Shown piece after piece: positions 13,600 to 26,000 of a stretch of 64,000 nt of DNA. This DNA comes from Nitrospirota bacterium (GTDB lineage: Bacteria; Nitrospirota; UBA9217). The notes under the pieces are model-generated. The model ran no database searches. It saw only the letters and a list, made by a program, of their open reading frames with translations, and was not told where the DNA came from. Where the stretch lies: contig CAVUHW010000012.1 of the NCBI GenBank assembly GCA_963741205.1, forward strand, positions 1-64,000. Reading direction: 5' to 3'. Every line of letters starts with the position of its first letter. Position 1 is the stretch's first letter. The translations under genes and the position numbers were made by a program.

Positions 13600-16500
13600 G
13601 CGGCGATGTCCTGGGATGCTTCCTGTCCGGCCGGGACCGGAAAGGTGATCGTGAAGATGGCGCCGCGTCGGTCCTCGCGGTTGCCGGCGACGATCGTCCC
13701 GCCCATCGCCTCGACAAACCCCCGGCAGATGGCGAGGCCAAGACCGGTCCCGGTCCCGGCCCGCCGGCTATCGATAGCCTGCACGCGGTAGAACTTGTCG
13801 AAGATCCGGTCCAGATCGCCGGGTGGAATACCCTGACCCTCGTCGATCACCTGGAGTTCCACCTCGTCGCCATCCCGCCGCGCCACGAGGCGGACCTCGG
13901 TGTGAGGGGGCGCGTATTTCGCGGCGTTGTCCAATAGGTTGAACAGCACCTGCTCGAAGAGGACGGGGTCGAGCTTCAGCATCGGCAGGTCGCCGCCGAG
14001 ATCGACCGTCACGTGGTGCTTGGCCAACACCTTCCCGGCCCGCTCCAGAGCGCTCCCGACGATGTCGCCGACATCGATCAAATCGGTACGCGGCTGCAAC
14101 GCGCCCGCCTCGATGCGTGTCATATCGAGCAGGTTCGCGATAAAGCGGTTGAGGCGTTCCGATTCCTCCTGGATCGTCCCGATCAGCTCGTCCTGCGCCG
14201 CCTCGTCGAGCGTGTGACGGTAGTTCCTCAGGCTCGTCGCGGAGCCCAGGATGGACGCGAGCGGCGTCCGCAAATCGTGCGAGAGGGATGTCAGAAGGTC
14301 TGGCGGTGCCTCACTGGTTCGGCCGTGGCTCCGTTTCCACATCCCGCTCATCGAACCGGACATGCGGATTTACCGCATCCGGCTCTCGGACAAGACGTCA
14401 CGCCTTCACCCACGACGGGCCGCGACCAAGCCGGGTCAGGCGTACGAGCCCGAAGTGCTCGTAGAGGTGCGAGAGTGGATAGGCTCCGCCCTTGCGTCGC
14501 CAGACTTTGTGCTTGAAGCGCAACCACCGGCGCAACCGCATAGCTGTGTAGTTGTCGAGCACCCGATACGCTTTGCGGATGGTGCCAACGCTAAAGTAAT
14601 TGGCCCATCCGCGCAGCGCGTGGTTCAACTGCGCCACCAGCCTTGTGGTCTCTTGCCAAGTAGCCGCTCGGACGGTCAGCGCGTGGACTCTGTCGACCAT
14701 GCGCTTGAGGCTCTTCTTTGACGGTCGGTAGCCCAGCCGGGCCTTGCCCGTCTCCGGAGAGTACATCCGCCCGAACGTATAGCCCAGGAAGTCAAACTCC
14801 CCGTCCGGAACGCTGCAGACCCGTGTCTTGTCCTCGTTCACCGTCAGCTTCAGCTTGCCCATGATCTCGCGCAGGTGGTGCAGCGCCGCGTCGGCGTTGC
14901 CCCTCCGGCACAGGATCACGAGGTCATCGGCATAGGTGACGAGGCGAGTGCCAAGGCTGTCGCTCAAGGCCGAGCTTCTTCCACCCCAACACGAACCGGC
15001 GCATGTAGATGTTCGCCAGCAATGGTGAGAGGGGTGAGCCCTGCGGGATGCCGCGCCGCTTGTCGCGCGCCTCCGTCGTCCGCGTCTTCCGGCCTCGTTT
15101 GTCGGTTTCTTCGACGGGGCAGTCCAGCCACATCTTGATCAGATGCAGCACGCGCCGATCGACGATCCGGCGCGCCACCGACTTCAAGAGGTCGGAATGC
15201 GGAATGCTCCCGAAGTAGTCCGCGAGGTCGGCGTCTACGACTTCCGGATGGCCACGAAACAGCAGCTCCTCCACCTCCACGGCGGCCTGTTGGGCATTAC
15301 GCCCAGCGCGGTAGGCGTAGATTTCCGGTGGGAGGTCGGCTTCGAAGATCGGCTCCAGCACCAGCATCGCTGCCGTCATGCAGACCCGATCCCGCACGGT
15401 CGAGATGCCCAGCGGCCTGAGTTTGCCGTTGGCCTTCGGTATGAACACGCGTCTGATCGGCTCCGGTCGGTACGTCTCCTCCCTGAGCGCAAGCGCCAGT
15501 TCGGCCAGCCACCGCTCGACCCCATACGCCTCGATGTCCGCAAAGTCCTGGCCGTCCACCCCCGGTGCGCCCTTGTTCGAGCGGCACTGGGCATAGGCAT
15601 GCGCCAGAATATCTTCGCGGCCGATCTTGTCGTACAGGGCGTAGAAGCGATAACCGGCTTCCGCCTTCGCTTTCGCGTGCAACGCCATCTGCAGCTTCTG
15701 AACACGTTTCGGAGTTGTTAGGTTGCCCAATCTCCCGGTCCCGCGCCACTTGTTGCGTTTGTCTTGAACTGAGGCCCCTTCCCTCCACCGGCATTACCCG
15801 GCTTCAGCGGTACTACGGGCCTCTCCGCCACCCCACCGCGCCCGGCCTGTCCCTCACGGGCGTCCGGTTGATCATCCCTGATCACGCAATGGGGCTTCCC
15901 GTGTTGCGTGCGCTTTCCTTGTGTACATGCTGCCGCCAGTACCCCGGTGCAGCGGCTGGGCGTAGTCCTCGCTCATCTCACCCAGCCGTATCAGCCTTCC
16001 CCGATACGGCGGTCGGGTCGGCCTGCACATCGGCCTTTTCGGGGCTTGCTCGGCGTTCACTCGCGTTGCGGCCTGCACACTCGCGCGGTCACCAATTGTG
16101 GCCGCTATCCGAAGGCTTCAGACATTTCGTCGCCTCCATGCCTGCTCCGGTTGCTTCCGGCTGGAGCGATATCGCCGGGTGGGCCTCGCACCCACTGGAA
16201 AGCGCCGCCTTTTCACGGCGCACGCCGAGCGCAGCCGCTCGGTCTCCACCGACAGCCGCGCCTGCTCGACATCCTTGGCCAGGGATACCCGCTCGATGGC
16301 AAGCGCGGCCTGGTCGGCGAGGGCATCGAGCAGACGGCGCTGATCGGGCGTCAGCAGCGGGCCCTGGCGGTCGTTGTCGAGCCCGATCACCCCAACCGGG
16401 CCGCGCCCGGTACGCATCGGCAGAAACAGGCGCTTCGCGCCGGGCAGGGTGTCCGCGCCGCGACCCGCCGGCTCGATTGTTCTGCCAGGCCCATTTCGCC

Positions 16501-18266
16501 GCCGCGAGATCGGCCGTCGTCCAGAGTGTCCTCCGGCGGATAGCCGGCCCGCACCGCAATGCTCTCGTCTTCCGGCAGAAGCAGGACGACGCTGCACCTT
16601 CAGCATCGAGCGCGATCTGGAAGGCGGTCGCCCACAGCAGGTCGTCGAGATCGACCGCGCCGGCGAGCTTGCGGGCGAACAGGTAGAGCTCCTCGGTCGT
16701 CTTCGCGCGCTGGCGCGCGGTGAACGCCTGGGCGCGGACGCGCGCCGTCAGATTGCTGGCGATGACCGCCACCACGGCGAAGAAGAACAGCGCGACGACG
16801 TTCTCCGGGTCGGCGATCGTGAAGGTGTAGAGCGGCGGCAGAAAGAAGAAGTTGTAGGCCAGCACGCTCGCCAGGCACGCCAACAGCGATGGCCATAACC
16901 CGTAGGTGACCGCGCTCGCCAGCACCGCCGTCAGGAAGACGAGGGCGATATTGGAAATGCCGAGAAACTGCTGCAGCCCGAGCCCGAGTGCCGAGCGCCA
17001 CGCGCGACCAAGCCGAGGCTGCCCGCAGTAAGGCATTCGATGTCGATCGGCTCCTGGCTCGGCGCGGTTGCCACGCCGCGCGTCCGGCTCGCGCGCCGGC
17101 GGTTCCGGCTCGCGCTGCTCGGCGATGACATGAACGCTGATGTCGCCGGCTGCGCGGATCAGCTGATGCGTCGACCGACCCGCGCAACGGCATGCCGACC
17201 AGCGCAGGGCGGCGCGACTTGGCGATGACCACATGGGTGAAATTGTTCGCCTGGGCGTAATCGATGACGGCCGTCGGCCACGTCGGTTCCGGGGACGGTC
17301 AGAGCCTCGCCGCCGAGCCGTTCGCGCGAGGCGCAGGCATTCGGCGATCCGGTCGCGTTCGGCTTCCGCGAGCCGCTGCGATGCCGAGGTCTCGACGTGG
17401 ATGGCGGCCCACGGCGCCCGCAGGCGGTCGGCGAGGCGCCGGGCGTAGCGCACGACCGATGCGGAACTCGGCTCCTCGTTGACGCCGACCAGCACGCGCT
17501 CGCCGGCGGCCCAGGGGCCCGAGATGGCGTGCGCGCGCATGTAGCGACCATCTGCTGCGTCGACGCGCTGTGCGGTGCGGCGCAGCGCCAGTTCGCGCAG
17601 CGCGGTCAGATTGCCCGGCCGGAAATAGTGGCCGGACCGCCCGCTCCGCCTGCTGCGGCACGTAGACCTTGCCTTCCTTGAGCCGTTGGATCAGGTCGTC
17701 GGGCGTCAGGTCGACCAGCTCGATCTCGTCGGCCCGGTCGATGATCGAATCCGGAACGGTTTCGCGCACGCGAATGCGGGTGATCTTGGCAACGATGTCG
17801 TTGAGGCTTTCGACGTGCTGGATGTTGAGCGTCGCGTAGACATCGATGCCGGCGCTCGAGCAGCTCCTCGACATCCATGTAGCGCTTCGGATGGCGGCTG
17901 CCGGGTGCGTTGGTGTGGGCAAGCTCGTCGACCAGCACCAGCTGCCGGCCGGCGCTCGAGAATGGCATCGAGGTCCATCTCCTCGAGCCACGTGGCCCTT
18001 GTATTCGACCACGCCGGCGCGGAATGATCTCCAGGCCTTCGAGCAGCGCCTTGGTCTCCTCCCGACCATGGGTCTCGACGACGCCGACGACAACGTCGAG
18101 TCCCCTCGCGGCGCTTTGCCTGGGCTGTCATCAGCATCTCGAAGGTCTTGCCGACCCCCGGCGCGGCGCCCAGGAAGATCTTGAGACGGCCGCGGCCCTC
18201 CTGCGCCGCTTGCTGCAGCAGCGCATCGGGCGAGGGGCGGTGGTCATGTTCCGATCGGTCGCTCAT
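13596..18266 (-). CDS. kdpD: Sensor kinase KdpD interrupted by a group II intron (exons 18266-16224 and about 14298-13596)
   Basis: [29 protein letters not shown], Usp, TM and GAF regions; ETERLRSA|[13 protein letters not shown]; HATPase G-boxes. Confidence 0.9.
14299..16223 (-). mobile_element. Group II intron, 3' end (domain VI) apparently truncated
   Basis: 5' GTGCG at 16223; domain V GAGCCGGATGCGGTAAATCCGCATGTCCGGTTC after the RT stop; removal restores the kdpD frame. Confidence 0.9.
14398..15730 (-). CDS. ltrA: Group II intron reverse transcriptase/maturase, no endonuclease domain
   Basis: [39 protein letters not shown]; frameshift near 14960. Confidence 0.93.
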
Positions 18267-19021
18267 CACATTTTCCGTCCGGACGCCGCAGGACGCTGCA
18301 GACGTCGACGATGCTCGGTGCGCTTTTGCACCTCCAGGCGATAGCCGACCCGTGTTCCGTGAGGATATAGCGGGGATGGGCGGGATCGGCTTCGAGCTTG
18401 CGTCGCAGTTCGTCGGATGGCGAGCCGCAAGTATTGTGACCCGGTCGACGCACTGCTCGCCCCAAACCGCGCGCAGAAGCTCTTCGTGGGTGAGTACCTT
18501 GCCGGCGTTCTCGGCGAGACTCCGCAAGACTGCGTAAGGCTTTGCCGGCAGATGCACGTCCTGGCCGCGCGAGCGAACGCGGCGGTGCAACAAGTCGATT
18601 TCGAGCTCGCCGGTCACGAGCTGCGCAGGCTTTCCCTGCTCTCGCGCCCTGCCGGCGCAGCGCATTCCTGACGCGCGCCAACAGCTCCTTGGTCCCGAAG
18701 GGTTTGTGGATGTAGTCATCGGCGCCGCTGTCCAGAGCGTCGACGGTCGCGTCCTCGTCGCCGCGGCACGGACAGCGCCAGAATCGGGACCGAGGAGATG
18801 CTCGCGCACCATGCGGATGGCCTCGCGTTCCGCCGCCTGCGGCTGCATCGATATCCAGGATCAGACAGATCGAATTGGTACTTTGCGATGCACCCAGCGC
18901 GCCGCAGGCCGGCTCGATGTCCTGGACGCGATAACCTGCTGCCGCTGAGCCCGCGGCGGAGCAGGCGCCGGACCGCCGGATCCTCGTCGATGATCGAGCA
19001 TGCTTGGAGCCCTCGTGCCAT
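18263..19021 (-). CDS. Second KdpE-like response regulator (heavily frameshifted)
   Basis: [65 protein letters not shown]. Confidence 0.75.
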
Positions 19022-19107
19022 CGAGCTCTGCCCTTCAACGTCCGAGCGGCAGAGACGGCGCTTCTCACTCCTTCCTGCATCAGGCTGCGAGAGCGCGCGC
19101 ATTGCCG

Positions 19108-19715
19108 CTATTTGCCGGCGCTCGCGTCGAGCGCCAGGTTGAGCTTCAGCACATTGACGCGCGGCTCGCCGATGACGCCGAGGAAGCGGCCCTCGGTGTT
19201 GGCGTCGACCAGTTGCCGCACCTGGTCTTCCGACAAGCCGCGGGCCTTGGCGACGCGCGGCACCTGGAACAGCGCGCCGGCCGGGGTGATGTCGGGGTCG
19301 AGGCCGCTCGCCGAGGTCGTCACCAGATCGACCGGCACCGGCGTCGACGGGTTCTCGGCCTGCAGCTTCTCGGCGTCTTCCTTGACCCGGTCGATCAGCG
19401 CCTTGACGGTCGGGCCGGCATTGGAGCCGGCTCGAATTGGCGGCGTTGTAGGGCGCCGGCACCGTCTTCGTCGGATCGTTCGGGTCGGTGTCGGTGGTCG
19501 CCGACGGCCGGCCGTGGAAGTACTTGTCGTCGGCGAAGTTCTGGCCGATCAGCGCGGAGCCGATGACCTTGCCGTCCTTCTCGATCAGGCTGCCATTGGC
19601 CTGATGCGGAAAGACCAGCTGGGCGATGCCGGTCATGCCGAGCGGATAGATCGAGGCCGGTGATGACCGTCATGGCGACGATCATCACGATGGCGGGGCG
19701 GATTTCTTTCAACAT
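19108..19715 (-). CDS. kdpC: K+-transporting ATPase C subunit
   Basis: [39 protein letters not shown]. Confidence 0.93.
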
Positions 19716-19735
19716 GGGAGGATGTCCTCAGAGGC

Positions 19736-21862
<2,127 letters not shown>

Positions 21863-21905
21863 CGATGGTCATCGAGCGTGCCCCTCGAGGCTTGCTTGCG
21901 GTTGA

Positions 21906-23640
21906 TCAGTAAAGGGTGCCGGCGTGCATCGCGAAGTGCTCGACCAGCGGGCCGAGCGCGAGCGCCGGGAAGTAGGTCAGGCCGCCGACGATCAGGATCA
22001 CGCCGACCAGCAGGCCGACGAACAGCGGCTGATGCGTCGGGAAGGTGCCGGCCGAGGCCGGCACGATCTTCTTGGCGGCGAGCGAGCCGGCGACCGCCAG
22101 CATCGGCACGATCATCAGGAACCGGCCGATCAGCATCGCGAAGCCGATCGTCACGTTGTAGAAGAGCGTGTTGGCGGAGATGCCGGCGAAGGCGCTGCCG
22201 TTGTTGCCGGTGCCCGAGGTGTAGGCGTAGAGGATCTCGCTGAAGCCGTGCGGGCCCTGGTTGGCCGGGCCGGCGAGGCCGGCGGGCAGCACCGTCGCGA
22301 TCGCGGTGAAGCCGAGGATCGACAGCGGCAGGATCAGGATGGCGAGCATCGCCATCTTGACCTCCTTCGCCTCGATCTTCTTGCCGAGATATTCCGGCGT
22401 GCGGCCGACCATCAGCCCGGCGATGAACACCGCGAGGATCGCGAACAGCAGCATGCCGTAGAGGCCCGAGCCGACGCCGCCGAAGATGATCTCGCCGAGC
22501 ATGATGTTGACCAGCGGCACCGCGCCGCCGAGCGGCATGTAGCTGTCATGCATGTGTTGACCGCGCCGCACGAGGCATCGGTCGTGATCGTGGTGAACAG
22601 CGCCGAATTGGCGATGCCGAAGCGGACCTCCTTGCCTTCCATGTTGCCGCCGGCCTGCAGCGCGCTCGGCGCCTGGTCGACATGCAGCGCGGCAAAGGCG
22701 GGATTGCCCGGCGCCTCGGCCCAATAGGCGACGGCCACGCCGGCCAGGAACAGCACGCCCATCACGGCGAAGATCGCCCAGCCCTGGCGCTGGTCGCCGA
22801 CCATGCGGCCGAACACGTTGGTCAGCGCCGCGCCGATCGACGAAGATCGGCACGATCTGCGACGAGGTTGGTGATCGCGTTCGGGTTCTCGAACGGATGG
22901 GCGGAGTTGGCGTTGAAGAAGCCGCCGCCATTGGTGCCGAGCATGCTTGATGACTTCCTGCGAGGCGACCGGCCCCTGCGCGATCACCTGCTTGGCGCCT
23001 TCGAGCGTCGTCGCCTCGGTATAGGCGCCGAGGTTCTGCGGCATGCCCTGCCAGACGAAGAACCAGCGCCGACGACGATCGAGATCGGCAGCAGCACGTA
23101 GAGCGTGCAGCGGGTCAGATCGACCCAGAAATTGCCGACCGTCTGCGCCGAGCGCCGGGCGAAGCCGCGGATCAGCGCGATCGCGAGCGCGATGCCGGTC
23201 GCCGCCGACACGAAATTGTGCACCGTCAGCCCGGCCATCTGCGTCGAGATAGCTCATCGTCGTCTCGCCGCACGTAGGACTGCCAGTTGGTATTGGTGAT
23301 GAAGCTGACCGCGGTGTTGAAGGCGAGGCTCTGCTCGACCGCCGACATGGCCCTGCGGATTGAACGGCAGCACGTCCTGAAGCCGCTGCAGCGCATAGAG
23401 CGACACGAAGCCGGCGAGGCTGAACAGCAGCATCGCGACCGCATAGGTCACCCAGTGCTGCTCCTGCTTCTCGTCGACGCCGCAGAGCCAATAGATGCCG
23501 CGCTCGACCGGACCGCAGCACCGGCGACAGAAAGGTGCGCTCGCCGGTGAAGACCTGCGTCATGTAGCCGCCGAACGGCTTCACCAGAGCGTGACGATCG
23601 CGCAGTAGATCGCGATCTGGATCCAGCCATTCGCTGTCAT
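21906..23640 (-). CDS. kdpA: K+-transporting ATPase A subunit (canonical filters)
   Basis: [28 protein letters not shown]; [12 protein letters not shown]. Confidence 0.95.
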
Positions 23641-23667
23641 GATAAGGTGCTCCTCAGAACCGCCGGG

Positions 23668-23757
23668 TCAGAACTTTTCCGGGCGGATCAGCGCGTAGAC
23701 GAGATAGACCAAGAGGCCGAGCGTGACGGCCGCGGCCAGGCCGTAATCGATGATCAT
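23668..23757 (-). CDS. kdpF: KdpF peptide MIIDYGLAAAVTLGLLVYLVYALIRPEKF
   Basis: 29 aa, LxYLxYALxRPEKF signature, RBS GAGGAG. Confidence 0.92.
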   Translation of the reverse strand: MIIDYGLAAAVTLGLLVYLVYALIRPEKF

Positions 23758-23767
23758 CGATGTCTCC

Positions 23768-23851
23768 TCAGATCCGGTCGCAGCCGACCGTGTACAGGAT
23801 CGCCACGACAAAGAAGCCGCAGCCAACCACGAGCAAAACCGCGTCGAGCAT
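23768..23851 (-). CDS. 27-aa membrane peptide upstream of kdpF (MLDAVLLVVGCGFFVVAILYTVGCDRI)
   Basis: RBS GGAGA, single TM helix, stop runs into the kdpF RBS. Confidence 0.7.
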   Translation of the reverse strand: MLDAVLLVVGCGFFVVAILYTVGCDRI

Positions 23852-24204
23852 CAAACAATCTCCATTCGTCAGCGCTCGTGCCGGGTGGCACGAAGTGCAT
23901 CCCCGCTCAAGAACCAAGAGTTGGGCGTACGGTCTCGCCGCAAGGGCGCGTCGGATCTCCACAGGCGCCTGCGTCCTGCCTCGCCGCCAAGATCGCGAGA
24001 TCCGCATAAAAGTTCGAGACGGATCTGCCGGTCCCGTTCATTAACATCCGACATAGATCGGTACCCTCGCGCGCGGACCCCATCAGCCGGCGCTCCGCGA
24101 ACAAGCCGCCGCCGAAAATGTGCACGGTCTCGGCGGGAAACTCTCCCCGCTCTGGAAATACTACTCTTCAGCATAACAATTCGAGATAAAAATTCTGTCC
24201 CTTG

Positions 24205-24228
24205 ATATATAAAAATCATAAAAATTTG
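24205..24228 (-). promoter_or_regulatory. Putative KdpE-binding T-rich direct repeat
   Basis: Minus-strand TTTTTATGATTTTTATAT upstream of kdpFABC resembles the E. coli KdpE box; AT island in GC-rich DNA. Confidence 0.5.
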
Positions 24229-24403
24229 AGCGGAGAATGTATATAAACGCAGGCCATTTTGGTCTCCCCCGCAGTCGATTCCAGGCCCGATTGCAATGGC
24301 CACGAGCACTTATCGCCGGCAATTAAGCGCGTTCGCGAGGGGAAACCTTGATCTATATCAACCGGGAGTGTTGCAAGCCAGTCGGGGCCGACCAGACGGA
24401 TGG

Positions 24404-24718
24404 CTACGCCATGATTGCGTCGAGGACGCGCATCAGGACCCCGATAGCCAGAAAAGCCGCCATCTCGTCCCAGGCGGTCAACATCGCGGCGCCATGCCTT
24501 TGATCCCGAAACCACGCCGCCGCTCCGGCAAAAAAGCTATGCCAAAAACAGAAAAACGAGAGGGTTGCGAGCAGGGGATGGCCGAGATGCGTCGCCAGCG
24601 CCACCGAGACGGGTATTATGATCAGGAGCTTGAAGGCGAAAATTCGAATCCGCAGGCGCGACCCGGGGTCGAGCGCGTCAAAAGAAGTCGAAATAGAGCC
24701 GAGACATTTTTCCCACAT
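24404..24718 (-). CDS. Small hypothetical membrane protein
   Basis: Three hydrophobic segments, ...LTAWDEMAAFLAIG; start uncertain. Confidence 0.5.
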   Translation of the reverse strand: MWEKCLGSISTSFDALDPGSRLRIRIFAFKLLIIIPVSVALATHLGHPLLATLSFFCFWHSFFAGAAAWFRDQRHGAAMLTAWDEMAAFLAIGVLMRVLDAIMA

Positions 24719-25134
24719 ATTGCACTCTCGGGCCGAGCGTTTTTCAGCTCTTCGACGCCTGAGAAACGTGGAAGGCCGAGGCGATGGCGGCAACGAACCG
24801 CGACGCGCGGGTCTTCCCCAATTTCTCCGGCAGAAGGAGACGAGGGCCGAGCGTCCCAGCGATCGCCACAGCGCCGCAGACGATCCCTTATTCCGGCGAA
24901 TTTGGGCGCGCTCGCCGGTCGGCAGAGCCGATGCGGCCATCCCTCCTCCTGATTCACGACCACGTAGACCCCATCGACGAAGAACTCGATCAAGGCCGGC
25001 GCCCATGCGCATTCCCGTTTGGCGTATTCGAGCGCCTCGGACAGGTCATCGAACCGGGCCACCGATTGCTCCGGCAGGCCTTTGATCGACCAGGTTCCAG
25101 CCTGATCGCGGTGAATTTGAAGGCGCAATTCCAT
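24622..25134 (-). CDS. Hypothetical protein (3' end uncertain)
   Basis: Globular-looking N-terminal ~75 aa (WSIKGLP...LSEALEYAKREC). Confidence 0.45.
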   Translation of the reverse strand: MELRLQIHRDQAGTWSIKGLPEQSVARFDDLSEALEYAKRECAWAPALIEFFVDGVYVVVNQEEGWPHRLCRPASAPKFAGIRDRLRRCGDRWDARPSSPSAGEIGEDPRVAVRCRHRLGLPRFSGVEELKNARPESAICGKNVSALFRLLLTRSTPGRACGFEFSPSSS

Positions 25135-25161
25135 GATTTGATGCTCGCGGGCTAGCGCCCG

Positions 25162-25380
25162 TTAATGATGGGAAATCTCCGTCGAGGGCTCGACATGAAC
25201 CCTGGCGGCGTCGCCATCCGCCTCGTACAATGCGAAGCGCAACGCGTCCTTGCAGCTGAGAAAGACGCCTCCGAGCAGACCGTGAGCTTCAGAGGCTACC
25301 CAGCGCCCACGCTGATCACGCCGGATCGTGAACTCGCGCAGCACACGCTGCCCTGGCGGCAGGTCGAAATAGGACATCAA
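25162..25380 (-). CDS. Small hypothetical protein
   Basis: FTIRRDQRGRWVA...GGVFLSCKDALRFA; resembles small alphaproteobacterial proteins I recall near kdp loci. Confidence 0.6.
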   Translation of the reverse strand: MMSYFDLPPGQRVLREFTIRRDQRGRWVASEAHGLLGGVFLSCKDALRFALYEADGDAARVHVEPSTEISHH

Positions 25381-25390
25381 CGCACCCGAC

Positions 25391-25648
25391 TTAGTGGATG
25401 GCTCCGTGCGGCAGCGAAAGCAGCAACCGCACCGCCAGCGCGCCGATCATGATCAGCACCAGGACGGAAAAGGTTGCCCCGATTTCACGAACAGTCCGCA
25501 TCCGGGCTTTCGCCTGCTGCGAGGCATCCCTCTCGGACCGCGTCTCGCCTATTCGTTCGCCTCGAGACCTGGCGAAATCCATGACGGCCATGTGGCATTC
25601 ACTCCGCTTCGACACCAGTTCGGTGACGCGACAGAAAAGACCCTTCAT
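25391..25648 (-). CDS. Small protein with C-terminal TM helix
   Basis: IGATFSVLVLIMIGALAVRLLL; first of four co-oriented small ORFs. Confidence 0.5.
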   Translation of the reverse strand: MKGLFCRVTELVSKRSECHMAVMDFARSRGERIGETRSERDASQQAKARMRTVREIGATFSVLVLIMIGALAVRLLLSLPHGAIH

Positions 25649-26000
25649 CGATAAAAATTCGAGCCGTCTCGGAAGACTGGATTATAAAAAAGCCATAGAA
25701 GACCGCCGACTCGACTAGCGAAAGGCTGCCGATTTGTGCTTAAGCGGCGCGCCTTTCCGGTCCCATCTGCGAACAGAGGCGGTCGCGATCGAATTTCGTT
25801 GCGGCAGCACCTCCTGGGGACGGAAGATCAGCTCCAACGGGCCGGGATCCGGGGAATGTCGGTTTAAATGAATTTCCTTGTCAGGTAAGCCTCACGGCCA
25901 ATCGTAGCTCGGATTACCCACCCCATCGGGGGAATGCGGGTTTCAAGCGCCTGACATATCCCGGCTCGCTCTATTGTTGCCCGGACAGAGGGAGCGGCCG

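Noticed and set aside
14398-15730. Retron, DGR or defence RT
   Set aside because: GTGCG start, domain V and maturase domain identify a group II intron; no template/variable repeat pair seen
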